Assembly (NCBI RefSeq): GCF_000150275.1
Contig: NW_002060978.1
Coordinates: forward strand, 124,001 to 188,000
DNA: 64,000 nucleotides
Reading direction: 5' to 3'
Origin: Trichoplax adhaerens
Taxonomy: Eukaryota > Animalia > Placozoa
Part shown: piece by piece, positions 14,831 through 27,994 of the stretch
How the letters are laid out: the number at the start of each line of letters is the position of its first letter
How positions within the stretch are numbered: position 1 is the stretch's first letter
Made by a program: the position numbers and the translations under genes
Notes under the pieces: model-generated
What the model was told of the DNA's origin: nothing
What the model saw: only the letters and a program-made list of their open reading frames with translations
The model's database searches: none

Positions 14831-16639
14831 TTTTTTAATTACTCTAAAACGCTTTTTGGAACATTTCTACTACTTGACTTCATTGCGATAGAATCTCAGT
14901 TCTATTGGTGTTGCATGAACTAGTCACGAAATGATTATATATTTAATTAAACTGATGATTAGTAGGATAAAATAAAGCAATATTGTATTAGTGATATAGT
15001 TGTGTCTACATTCTTCATCAATGTTATTATTAGCGGCTACCTATGGCTTTCCTTTTCATCTATAAATTGAGATTATCATGTTGTTGTTGACTTGCCAATT
15101 TCAAGTAAACAACTGGACAAATATTAAAGTATGAAGATATTTCTCTTCCAATTTATCGTCATCGATAAGTAAAGACATAATATCATATACTTATGATAGT
15201 TTTATCCGAATTGAATAAATCATGTATGTTTGTTGTCGGTGAACATTTAGAAGGAACGTAACTAATTTCTTCATTTATTTTCTTCTATCTTGACAATCAT
15301 CGTCACATTAGAGTAAAATATGATGATGCGGACATCAAGGAAAATGTCATTGAATGATGGATAGTTCGTGCTAGTTCATGTTGCTATTCTATTATTTTGC
15401 TAATCACCAAGGCAGCCTAGTCAGGCTAGACTATCAAACATGATTGAAAATAATTGATTTGATTGGAAATGGGATAAAATTAGGTATTGTTTTCTCATCA
15501 GCTGCATGTACAATAGATTTGAGTTTTAATTATATAGTTAATAGAATATTTCTAGCCATCATTGCTTTTATCTATCATCTAGGGCAGGATCTAAAATTAG
15601 TTCTTTTTCTTCTCTTTTTTATTTTCAAAATAGAATAACGTATTATTGATGGGAGAATAATTAAAAGATGATGATTCTATCCAAAGTCGAAGAAAGACTT
15701 TTATTAAATTTGATTAAACATCAATCGCATATTGTATCGAAGCTTTCTTCTGCAAGTAACATTCAGAAAAAGTTGAAGTCGTTAAAGTAGAGCTTGAATG
15801 ACAGAACAACTTTATATCGTTGGCATTTACGCGTAGCAGAGTAGCAATTCGAACCAAAAATTTTCAACAGCTTCCATTCCTATCCACCCATACCGTCCTT
15901 GGTCAACTTTGGCGTCCTCATCTTCCGATCTTCATATTCTCTATGTCTTAGTAAAGCATACGAAGTAAGTGCTTACTCATTCGTCTGTATTTTAAATATT
16001 AATACGCTAGTAAAATGGTTTAAACTTTGTTGATAGCTTTTTCGATTTATTTTACTATCCAAAATGATGCTAGCAATCTTAGCGGGTTTATTATTTGTTT
16101 CGATTTATATCCTACTCTGTTTTTGACTTTCCCATTTTAAAATGTCCTTAACAACCAAAATGGCGAATGATTAGTCTATTTTCCTCTCCTCCAATATACT
16201 CCCATGAATCTATTATAGTCCTTTAACTTATTATTCCACATAATGATGTAAACTTAAAACTTAAAAATTTTTGTAATTAAGTCCAGTAGAAATGAATTCA
16301 ACGGGTAAACTATCGATCCACACTACTGGGTTATGTTATTTTAATTGTGGTATCTTATTTGCGTCCCATTTCACTTCTTTCCCATTCTTGAAACGATTAT
16401 CTATATGTAGTGAAACACACAGAAATGGGCGATCATCTATTGCTTTATGATTTATAGCAGCTAAACGTAATGTTGATAATGGTTATATTGAACTAGCCAT
16501 TATTGAACTTTAGATATCGATTAAGGCAGAAAAATTATTTCTATCATTCTTTTTTTTTATATTTTTAGTCATCTTTACTTACTAATAGTGTTTGTGATCT
16601 TTTCCTTCATAACCTTGATTAATTACAATTACTCGTTTT

Positions 16640-17660
16640 AAAATATCGATCGGATTAAGCTGAAATTGTTGAAGGTAAGCGAGATGATGATTGAAATGGA
16701 AGGAGATTACTTGGCTATACGATGGAAATAAGGTTCTTGAATACGTTAATTGCATTTTCCCTTAACTGGCCGAAACTATCTGGTAGACCTTCTCTTAAGC
16801 GAGAGGAGATTAAATTTGAATGAGAATACCAAGCTACGCTAATGAAATAATGTTCTTAACCACGTTAATTGCAATATTCCTTGACCGATAGAAACTATCC
16901 AGCAGACCACCGTATTAAATTAGATTGAAATGCCCGGCCATATTATGGAGATTGTTCTGAAGACGTTGATTGCGTTTTCACTTGATCAATGAAAACAGTC
17001 TTATAGACTATCATTAGAGTGACAGGATGATTAAAAATTGGAATAAAAATATCGGTCTAGCTTCAGAAATAAGGCTGTTATACACATTTATTGCAATTTC
17101 TCTTGATTGATAAAAGCTATCTAGTTGGCTATTAAATTTGAATCAAATACCAGGCCATATTATGGAAATAGTTCTGAGGTCATTGATTACGTTTTATCTT
17201 GATCGATGGCAACTTTCTTGTAGACTATTGCTCGAGTGAGAGGATGATTAAAATCGGAATGAAAAGCCGGTCTATGATATGGAAATAACGCTCACACATT
17301 TTCATAGCGATTTCTCATGATCGATGGAAAAGTTAGGTAGGCTATTCAATTGAATGAGAGTACCTGGCTATGCCTCGGAAATAATGTTCTTAAAGCACGT
17401 TGATCGCATTTTTCCTTGACCGATAAAAACTGTCTGGCAGATTATTCAATTCCAATGAGAATATTAGGCTATTCCATGGAAATAAAACCCTTGAACATAT
17501 TGATTGCATTTTCTCTGGATTGATGGAAACCGCCTAGTAAACTATAAGTGAAATAATGATTCAACTAGAATGAGAATACTGGTCTATGTTATGCCAATAA
17601 CGTTCTTGAATACATTGATTTACATTTTATATTGGCCGATGAAAACGATCTGGATAATTC
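16640..17660. repeat. Degenerate tandem array, ~100-120 bp unit, 9 copies
   Basis: Core atggaaataa.gttcttga..acgtt(a/g)attgc.ttttc.cttga.cgat..aaac at about 16722, 16842, 16945, 17065, 17162, 17279, 17376, 17477 and 17591. Confidence 0.85.
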
Positions 17661-19079
17661 TCTTTTTAATAAAGCTATGATGAACATTGAGGATGATAGA
17701 GAAAAGTAGTATACTTCACGGATGCTGCCATATCAACCGGCCTGCTGAATAGGATCAACTTGTTGATGGCAGAAGTAAAAGAGAGCAAAAAATTATACTG
17801 CAGTATACTTACCGTACTCGTCAATATTTAGTCCATGATTAGGACACCAATAACAGCAATAAATTAAAATTTAAATATAACTTGATTGTATTATATTACA
17901 GTCGAAATAGCAATGATTTATATGGATATGGTATCATATTGGTCAAAGATAGGATGCAAATTAATTTAGTATTAACAGAGTGATCATGTGAAAAATGAAA
18001 ACGAACTGCTCCATCATGATGGAGACATAGTGTACAAGGATTTCATTGGATTATCCATCCACCATACCCATCATAAAGTGTCACTTTCTTCTTCACTTTC
18101 CTCAACATCTCCATCATGGCTTTGTATTCTTATTAGAGTGATGATTAACGAGTATCTATTCATCAAATGGGATGTCTATTAATACGGGTGTTAATCATGC
18201 ATGACATGGCGTTGACTACAAGGGAGCGAGAAAAATTCAACGTGATTAAAAAATTACTTTTGGAGTCGTTTAGCCATGGGTAGTTGTGGCCAAGGCTAGA
18301 TTATTTTACTGGGCTGCTTGCTGTCTCATTTTTCTGGAGGTTTAATACTGCTGACAACTAATATGCAGCGATGTTATGCTCAGAGAAGGAATGGCGATAC
18401 TTTTGGGATCAATCAACGGCTATTCTCTGCCGTTGCGTAGCTACCGCTATTTTTCTCGATATGAATTCTACCTTCTTTATTGCTTCCATTAATTAATCTG
18501 ATATGTATTAACCATTTTATACATTCTGAGAACAACTAGTCCGTAGATTATAGACATTGTTTCTAAATTACTATGAGTCATAAAATTATCAATCGTAAAG
18601 TGAGCTCGGCTGGGAGATTCTAGCAGCATCAATGATGATTTTAATGGTGTTCTTCTTGAAAATTTCATATTAACTTCAAGTACATGCATGGAATTTTATG
18701 ACATGTAATCACAGTGGGTTAAGACCATTGTTTGCATAAAGAAATGCTTTCATGTTCTAGTTAGACTAAAGATTAACAGCAAGTTTAAGGGAAAATCTTT
18801 CATAACAGAGAGCTAGTCCTTTGCCGTGATTGGAATAATGCCATAATTGTTCTGAAAGTACTTTGCGATAAAATCAAAGTTAATATAGAGAGGCAAATGG
18901 TTTTCAGCTGTTTGAGATTTTACGATTTATTTTAAATGTAGGATCAATTCACTCGTATTAGGATGAAGAAACATTAATAAACATATTAGAATGAAATTAT
19001 ATACGAATAATAGCGTTAAAGATAGGAGTATGGACGATCCCAGGGTGTCTTTGCCTCTACTGTATAGTTTATTTTAAAA

Positions 19080-19720
19080 GTAGTGGTCGATGTAATTATT
19101 TTGGAATCAAGAAACCTTGATAAATATTTTAGATTAAAGTTGGGATTAGTGATCATGGTAAGAATAAAGGAGATCGTAGTCTATCTTTGCTTATACTTTT
19201 AATTTATTTGGGGTTTCATGCAATACCGTCGTGTTGGAAGGAAGAAGCTGTCGTGATCTATTTTAGAATATGAAGTTAGGTTAATAAAGATGATAAGAGT
19301 CAAAGAATCTTAGTCTATCTTTGCTTGTACGCCTAATTTATTTTAGCTTTTGAGTTCATGCCGTTGTGATGGAATGAGAAAACTTTCATGATCTATTTCA
19401 GAATAAAAATTGTATTAACGATAAGAATAAAGAGGATCTTGGTCTATCTTCGCATGTATAATTTATTTTAGCCTTTGAGTTCAAACAGCTGTTTTGAATT
19501 GATGAACTTTCATGGCCTATTTTAGATTCAGCCTTAACTATTAGAGCAGAGAGAATCTTAGTTTATCTTCGCTCTTGCAATTCAATTTAACTTTTGGTTT
19601 CATGCACTTGTTATGGAACGAGAAAACTTTCATAGTCCATTTTAGAATCCAGTCAGCGTTGCGAGTTAGAGTAAATATATTTTCGGTTTACCTTAACACT
19701 GCCATTTAAGTTGTTCTGCA
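19080..19720. repeat. Degenerate tandem array, ~120-133 bp unit, ~5 copies
   Basis: atct(t)agtctatctt(t/c)gct...aatttattt..g..ttt...ttcatg near 19177, 19310, 19440, 19560 and 19680. Confidence 0.8.
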
Positions 19721-20399
19721 AAAAAAATTCCATGATTTACTTCATTACGGGTACAAATTTAGCTTTAAACAGAAGTATGGTAAATGTCTACTTGAATTGC
19801 TTTAAGTTATCTGCATTGATTCATATTTTCACTGAGATAAATATCGAAGGATAAAAGCAAAATTTTTTCATACCAGCAATCCTTGGCGAGATTGAAAATA
19901 GTTGCTGCAATAAAGCAATCATACAGATAGGATTAGTGCTAGTTTGTCTAATGAGCCATAATCAAAAATAAGAGCAATCCAATTCTAAATTCATTTTACC
20001 TTTCATCATCGATTATTGAAGTAGTTGCTCCGGATCAAATAATATCTAACTCTATAACGTTCTAAGTAATCAAGTTGAAATGAGCAAGAAGAGCAAAAGT
20101 TCTTCAGCCTATTCTTGTAATACTGTACAGTATTTGAAAAGGTCATGGACCTGTTTCAATCCGGTGACTAATGCGCTTTATACGAGTGTAAAAGTGAGTA
20201 AGAGATCCAATAATTTCAATATAGTTTAGATGTGGTATCGATATCACTCTTATAATACTAATGGGTGGAAGAAGAACGTCAATCATTATAATGCAGTTTG
20301 GCTATAGTAAATATGGTTAGTCTAGATGTGCTAGATAGAGTTTCAATATGTTCATCTAGTTATCGATTAACAAAATAGAGTATCCATGTTACCTTGTAC

Positions 20400-21145
20400 A
20401 GTAATATTAAAATGAAGAAGAAGAGCCATACTCACGCCGATAGAAGGTCGAGATAACTCTTTATGATTATGTAAAAGCGACAAAAAAGAGTCGCTTTAAT
20501 TACTCGTTGCAGTTAGGATCGATATTAATCTGAAGAATAATGTCAATATAAAGAAGAAAGACCCACCAATTTAGAATTAGAATCGAGAATACTCCTTCAA
20601 ATAATATCAAAGTGAAGAGAAAAGCTACATCAATTGCCTTTAGAATCTAGATTACTCTTTAAATAATGTCAAAGTGGAGAAGAAAGCTCCACTAGCTTCA
20701 ATTAGAAGCGATATTACTCTTAAGAATAATGTAAAAGTGAAGAAGAAAGCCACACCATTTGCTATTAGCATCGATGTTGTTCTTTACAATAATATCGAGT
20801 GAAGAAGAAAGCTCCATCTGTTTCAATTAGAATCGTTATTACTCTTAAAAGTAATCAGTGTCAAGTGATGAAGAAAGTCACAATAATTACAGTTAGCCTC
20901 ATTATTAGTCTTTGGAATAATGTCAGAGCGAAAAAGAAAGCCACACTAGTTTCAATTAAAATCGATATTGCTCATTAAAATAAATAATAAATGTCAAAGT
21001 GATGAAGGAAGCCACGCCAATGGCAATTAGAATCGATATTACTCTTTACAATAACAGAAAAATGGGGATAAGGCCACAATAATGTCAATATAGGATCGAT
21101 ATTACTCTTCATGATGATATCGAATTGAAGAAGAAAAGTCATAAT
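20400..21145. repeat. Degenerate tandem array, ~60-63 bp unit, ~12 copies
   Basis: Unit aataatgtcaaagtgaagaagaaagcc.cac....tt.caattagaatcgatattactcttt. Confidence 0.9.
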
Positions 21146-21229
21146 ATTTTGAACAAATTAAGCTACGTGCCCAATACCGTAGCAGTAGGCTAATGCTGTC
21201 GCATATGGTGCAATTTTTCCTAGTATCTA

Positions 21230-22230
21230 TAAATCTGAATGTTGTGGTCTTGGATGAAAGAATAATCATAAGGCATTTAATCATGAAGTCAAAATAAACA
21301 AGAAGAGAGGGAAAACACGATATCACTGTATTTTAGACTTGGTTAACTACACAAATTAACGAGATTAGAAAAAGTTAAAGTATTTTAAACGTCGGCAAAG
21401 AGGATTCATGTCCTCGCATAAGATCACTTAGTATATTTAATAGCCTTAATAACGAAGTAAACTTGAGTAAAAAGGAGCTTGTAATTTCACTATATTTTAT
21501 CCTTCGATGAGGTGGACTACTGTTATTATTTAGAAATAAATTTAAAGTGAACAAGAAGAGAGGGGGAGGAGGGTTGGGAATATCTTCACTCTAATTTCGT
21601 CTTCGTCGAAGAGGATTGATGTCGTCGCTTAGTATCCAGAATATTCTCAATCATGAAACCAACGTGAGCAAAAAGGGCTGAAGTAATTTTACGGTATTTT
21701 AACCGACGTTATGGAGGCGTTATTTAGGATCATTTAGTGTCTATATTATTATCAATAACAAAGTCGATTTGAGGGAAACGAGCCAAAGGAATCTCACGGT
21801 ATATTAACCTTTAACAAGGATTAATGTCGTTGTTCAGGATCATCTAGTATCTATCTATAATGCACATATTCTTAATTATGAAGTCCATGTGAATAGAAAG
21901 AAGTAAAGGAACTTTACGGTATTTAACCTTAGACGATGAGGATTAATGTTGATGTTGTTATTTATAGTCATCTAGTATTTACAATATTTTTAATAACGGA
22001 ATCAATGCGAGTAGAAAGAGCCATAGAATTTTCACGGTATTTTAATCTTCGACAAGGAGGATTAATGCCGTTGTTTAGGATCATCTCATGGTTATAATAA
22101 TTCTAATAACGAAATCAACGTTAGTGCGACAAAGTGGATTAATATCGTTAGCTAGGATAATCTAATATCAACAATATTCTTAATTGTAAAGTTAAGGTGA
22201 GTAAAACGAGCCAAAGTAATTTCATTATAA
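21230..22230. repeat. Degenerate tandem array, ~110-130 bp unit, ~8 copies
   Basis: ttcacggtattttaacct...gaggattaatgtcgttg.ttaggatcatctagtat...atattcttaat..cgaa recurs through the region. Confidence 0.85.
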
Positions 22231-22539
22231 GTTGGGAAACAAGACAGTGAACTCAATAGTGTAGCATAGGATAGAATGATGTCTTTATTATGCTTTAGAA
22301 TCAAGCCAAATTAAACATGATAAAGGAAAAATATATCATTTCACTTCATTTTAGTCTTCTTGAGATGAATTGATGCAGCTCTTTAGCATTATTCCATGTC
22401 GAAACGGTGATATTCTATAATATAGAGTCGAAGTCGACAAGAAGTGAAAAATCATTGTCAATTAATCATCTTTGGTAGCGTCAGAAGCGCATGCAGTCAT
22501 CTAAGATACAATATTGATGCTCTTTTACTATCCAGTGTC

Positions 22540-23070
22540 ATTTTCCAGTCGAGCATATACTATTTTCCATTAATTAATAATTTATCTAGTCTCCAATCAA
22601 TAATCGCTACAATCAGCCATTCAAATCGATATTCATCCTATTTTAATCTACTAAAAATAGATTATTCGTAGTGGATAATCGTTGCCGGTAGACTATCACT
22701 ACCATCAGCTCTTCAGGCCATTATTCATCCTGTTTCAATCCTTCGCAGATAGATTATTCCTCGAGGTATTAGTCACCATCAGGCTATATACATCACTTAT
22801 TTAAGCTAAAATTTATCTTTTTTCAGTCCATCGAAGACCAATTATCCCTCAGGGAGGCAGTTGCCATAGGGCTATATCCGCTACCTGCTCTTGAAGCCAA
22901 TACGTGTCCTAATTCAATCAGTCCAAGATAAGTTATTCCTACTAGATCATAGTTATAATCAAGTTAGAACTATCAAGAGCTCCTCAGGCCAAATTCGTTA
23001 TATTACAGTCAATCTAAGATATATCAATTAATTATTATTGGGGGTAGTAGTTGCTATCAGATTATAACGA
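22540..23070. repeat. Highly degenerate tandem array just upstream of thioredoxin exon 1
   Basis: Recurrent (a)gat..attattcc and ctc(t)tcaggcca motifs. Confidence 0.5.
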
Positions 23071-23172
23071 TATTAAACATCTTCTCCATAAATCGAATAT
23101 TCAAGCGAAATTTACTATTCAATATAGAGAAGCTAATCTTTGCTGTCTTCATATTATTAATAGGATTTTATC

Positions 23173-26100
23173 ATGGGTTGTTCATCATCTTCCAATTCGA
23201 AAATACCAATTAATGTCGTCAAACCTGAAAGTACAAGAGCATCGACCATTAAATCGGATAGTCGGAATTTGGAAGAAGAAAAATCGCCTACATCTAGCCA
23301 ATCAACCAAAGGGAGTAAGAATAAAATATCGTTCACCAACAGAAAAATAGCAGAAACGAAAGTAAGTCAGTATCACCTGGTTGGTGTCATTAATATCAAT
23401 CGATACGTTTTTCTACTCTACTTCTTTTTTTGTTATGATGGATTAACTTTATGAAACTAAAATCATTTCCTAAAATTTTTTTCTATACGTTAAAAGCAAA
23501 GTATTGTTGTGTATCATCTTCCATTCCCATCATTGCTTTATTCCATGTGCTTTACCAGCATGGTCGTTTCTTCTCGATTATGATGTAGGCTTTTACTATA
23601 GACATTAAAAATTCTTTAGGGGCTTTCATAAAGCTAAATGGACTAAGTATTTAATAATATGATGTAATAGCAAGCATGATTTTACCCCTACTTTTATATA
23701 TTATGATACAGTAGTGTCTTTAACGGCCGACGATTCTTGCTAACACTCTATTTTATTTCTTTGTAACTTCTCATATGCAAAGTATTTTTAAGAGCGAGCC
23801 TTACTTATACTTAGATCGAAATAGTTTGTTAGCTGCACCCAATTTATTCTCAATGATTATTTCCAACTCTATTTTGACCAATGAATATTCTATCGACTAA
23901 GAGAGTTACTAGCTGTCGTTATTAGCCGATTAGCGGTAGCTTATCTCATGTCTTAGCGGCTATTGACTTGTAAAGAGATTTTATTTAGAAGTAAATCTAT
24001 CTCTATTGGATTTTAACTTGTATAGACAGCTTATTCCTATTCTATGCCCTTATTGAGCGAGTATTTGGTGATTTACTATAGTAATTCTTCTTCTAGCCCA
24101 TCATAATTCTTGTCAGGGGTAGAACTTTATTGAACTTCTATTTACACAGATACCTTAGCCCTGTTCTATCCCTTTCTGAGTAAACATTTGGCAATTTGCT
24201 TTTGCTATTTTTCTTCAAAATGGACCCGTTCTAATGACAGCTTGATTAGGAGATAATAATTTCTAAAATAGTCTAGCATAAAAGATTATATGCGGTTGTA
24301 TAACTTGTATTAAAATAAGATCTGAAAGATTAACTAGGTAGTTCTAATTAGATTATATACAACAGATTATAGATGTTATTACAATCGCTAATATCCGTAT
24401 CTAACAATTGAACATTGCATCCGTTCATAAAATACTTTATCATTTTCTTGATTTTAATCACATATGCGACTGTGTTTAACAAATAAAACATGAAAAAATT
24501 CCATTGCTAGATAAAGCTGATCTTTTTTAAAATACGTTGTATCTGACATCTATTTTCGTTTGCTGTAGCTATGTTACCCGAAGCTACTGGATGTTCATTC
24601 TATTCATGTGTATAGCTGATATAAAATCTAGGTTGATTTTAACATTGCAACGGATAATCATCCATTGATCACATAAACAACCTAATGCAATCACAACAAC
24701 GTATACCTCTAAATAACCTCTCTATATTCAATATACCAGAAAAAACGAAATCGTATTTGCTTAATTATATTTATCATTAGTCATCTAAAATGCAAGCTAC
24801 CAGTGTGCCTTTGCTATTCCCAAAGATACGATCAAGAATCGAATTAATCTTTGCATTATCTAAATTAAAACGACAGGCTACGAGATTTGTTTATTTTATT
24901 TTCATAATGGATGTTACTGTACACTCGTACTAACAATCAAAGTACCATATTCCAACTCCAAATACCTTACCCTAGACTTTCTTTATTACCGATGAATTAG
25001 CAAACTACCAATACTCATTTAAAATTAAGGCAAATGAAATTGATCTTGTGATTTATTGCATAAAACCGACAATCAGATTACCCTTTCTACTACACAAATT
25101 AAACTACGAGCTCTGAGATTTGTTAGTTTATTTCCACAGCATCAACTAAACTTTCTTTATGTATACACAAGTATATTAAAGAATTTTACGTTAATCATGA
25201 CGCAATAATTGAATCACAAAAGATACAGAGTCGACCATAGTCTCTTTGTACAGGGGTTTATTATAAAATTTTATTGTAATAAAGACACGATATCCTTATT
25301 GCATTAGTTAACCGTCAACTAAACTCTCTTATCTAGGGATAAATGAGGAAATTTTATATTAGTCCATCAATCATAGCACGAAATTATAATTACGGTTGAT
25401 ATGTCGTCAATTAAACTGTCTTCATATTCGAATAAATCTAGGAAATTACTAGAAGTCATTAAATTGATTCTACATAAACAATCGTCTTTCCCTTTTTAGC
25501 GCACAAATCTAAAACACGAGCTGCAATTTATTAGTTTCTCGTACTTAATCTTATCATAACGACAACACATTCTAACTTCATATCGGTACGGTATGCTGCT
25601 AACTAAAACCCCTTTCTTTATAGTAAACTAGTCCTACAACCCGTCGTGTTGTTGATGGACTGTGTCTTATAACGTTATTTACATTTGTTCTTAAATATGT
25701 ACGTTAGAGTTATGCAATTCTTGCTAAGGAAGTTATCAGTAGTCATTTAACCGAGCTGATGATTAAATTTTGACGATCCATTATAGATGATCATAAATCC
25801 GGTTATCCTTTCTACTATTGTGCCCATATTCAAAATACCAACTATAAAATATGCTTGTTTCATTTCATATAATAATCGATCTTCTATTGGTAATCATTGT
25901 TCAATATTCCAATAATAGCATATCATCAAATAAACTCGTTGTATCGAGAAAATTGGGAAGTAATTTTAATATTCTAAGCAAGTCGATTCACTTTATCGAT
26001 GATTGTTATTAATCCTAGACTGATAAACAAGAATCAGCTAACTCTTTGTGCTGCACAGTTTTAAACTGTAAGTCTGAAGATTGACTAGCAACATTTATGA

Positions 26101-27994
26101 CTCAAATTCTGCTAATTATTTAATAGTTTCTAGCGCAATTTCTATCGACAATGATGATCAACAATAATGTTCTTGTAAGAAAAGTGGGACAATTAAAGAA
26201 TAAATGAGTGCTAAGGACTTGTATAGCGAGAAAATTGGGATGTAACTATTTCAGATAGCAATTACTGGATTGTAATTACGTCCAGCAACAATAGATTTTT
26301 GAACGCTGTTCACAGTATCTTAAGGGTATTGTCTTGTTATTAGTAGAAAAGACCAAATTGATTGTTATTTTACTCCAATTTTTGCTATTAGTATGTTCAC
26401 TTTATTATTGGTTCATAAGCAACTCTACTGTCTATCTGAATAAATGATTAGATCGTTTACGTCGTATTGTATGCTTGCAATGGAATAAAAAATGAACTTT
26501 ACTTAATAAGTATCATGATAGAATGATAGGGCGCTATCGGGGAAAGAAAGGATACGTAGGTTGAAGTTGTCATAGCAACAGGATCAAAAATGATAGCAAA
26601 AACCTTTCATAGTCTAGATTTAATCGACAGAAGTAATTTAAAATTGAAAAAGAAACGGCAAATAAAAGAATTAATCATTTTGGCCGTGACAAAAAAATGG
26701 GATGATCTCATATGACTTGAACAGCTGTTTATAGTTATAGACAGGGTATCGTTGAATATTTTGTGTATCTTTTAGTAGGGTATTAATATTTATTAGCTAT
26801 TAGCTGTGGTAAATTAAAAGAAAAGATAAGCCTTCGTCGTATTAGTTATCCAATTCATTCTCGAAAAGATGGCCTTGTTTGTGGCTAACAATGTGAGATT
26901 TCATTTTTTAGATTATATTTCCAGTTTTTTTCTTTATTTTTATCTTTGCATAGACATTTATATTTTACTAAACATGGAATCCGTGTATAATTATATATAT
27001 CTTTGGTTTTTTGTATCGGTTACTCTAAATCTTGCTTATCGTTTATATCGAAAGGAAGGGTTAATTTTTTTTATTAGAAGAAAAATTTGTGGGATGCACT
27101 ACTCTCGTTATCGTCTCCAAAATTAATTAATTGTTCTTCGTCATCTTTCTTTAATTGCTTACTAGGAAGAATTTGATCTTATCATTAAATCAGCCGATGA
27201 TAAATTAGTTGTCATTGATTTTTATGCTCAGTGGTGTGGTCCATGTCGCCGTATAGGGCCTAAATACGAGGTAAAACGGTTATTATTTTCATTTCAAGGA
27301 CAGTAACTCTTCATTCATGCAATACTGTATGGACTTGATTTTTGTTCGTCCCTTCATCAAATACCTAATTTGCCCATTTCTAGGCTATGAGTAAGGATCC
27401 AGAATATGAAAATGTTATATTTCTGAAGGTTGATGTTGATGATAATAGTGTAAGTATTGGTTAATTAAAGCGCATTAATAAAATATCTGGATGTGAAACG
27501 GCTATATTATAGGAAAGATCGTCTTTAATCTTGAGATGTTATAAACGGCCCAGTCACTAATTAATAGGAGCAGTGATTCTACAACAATCTTAGTCATAAA
27601 ACTTCCTCCTTACAAGCGATGTTATTAAAAATAGTCATTTAAGTCTATTTGGTTGCAGTATTTTACGTAAATACAATTGAGTCTTACTATATCACCAATA
27701 CTGATTTGTTATTTCCTAAAATAGGATACTGCCGAAGCTTGTGGTATCAGTTGCATGCCAACGTTTCAATTTTATCAAAATGGACAAAAGGTATTATAGA
27801 ATTGATCACTAATAGCAATATCTTGCCGTATAAAAAATTGCATGCCATGTACAGTAGCAACGTCTGCTAAACGATACTATAATATTAATTTTAAAATCGG
27901 TCAATATGAAAATTTTCCCTGATAGATTGATGAACTTTCTGGATCTGACGATTCACAACTTCTAGCTAAAATTAAAGAATTAATGGTTCGATAA
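23173..27994 (+). CDS. TXN: Thioredoxin (WCGPC) with N-terminal acylation-type extension, 5 exons, 164 aa
   Basis: Exons 23173-23361, 27166-27270, 27384-27449, 27725-27790 and 27926-27994, all GT-AG and phase 0. Translation: MGCSSSS...NRKIAETK|EEFDLIIKSADDKLVVIDFYAQWCGPCRRIGPKYE|AMSKDPEYENVIFLKVDVDDNS|DTAEACGISCMPTFQFYQNGQK|IDELSGSDDSQLLAKIKELMVR*. Exons 2-5 are secure. The exon 1 link is inferred from phase, the GTAAGT donor and RKIAETK aligning with the canonical KQIESK. Confidence 0.9.
24700..26300. repeat. Highly degenerate repeats in thioredoxin intron 1
   Basis: Recurrent tcaa(c/t)taaact, caaatt(a)aa..acgag and cgagaaaattggga (about 25945 and 26227) motifs. Confidence 0.45.

Noticed and set aside
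7629-22671. Short ORF-track entries in the gene-poor interval
   Set aside because: AT-rich and Ile/Leu/Phe-biased, often with non-ATG starts and no motifs, so consistent with chance.
26523-26555. Possible short alternative thioredoxin first exon (MIGRYRGKKGY|gtaggt)
   Set aside because: It is in phase but does not resemble a thioredoxin N-terminus and has no other support.
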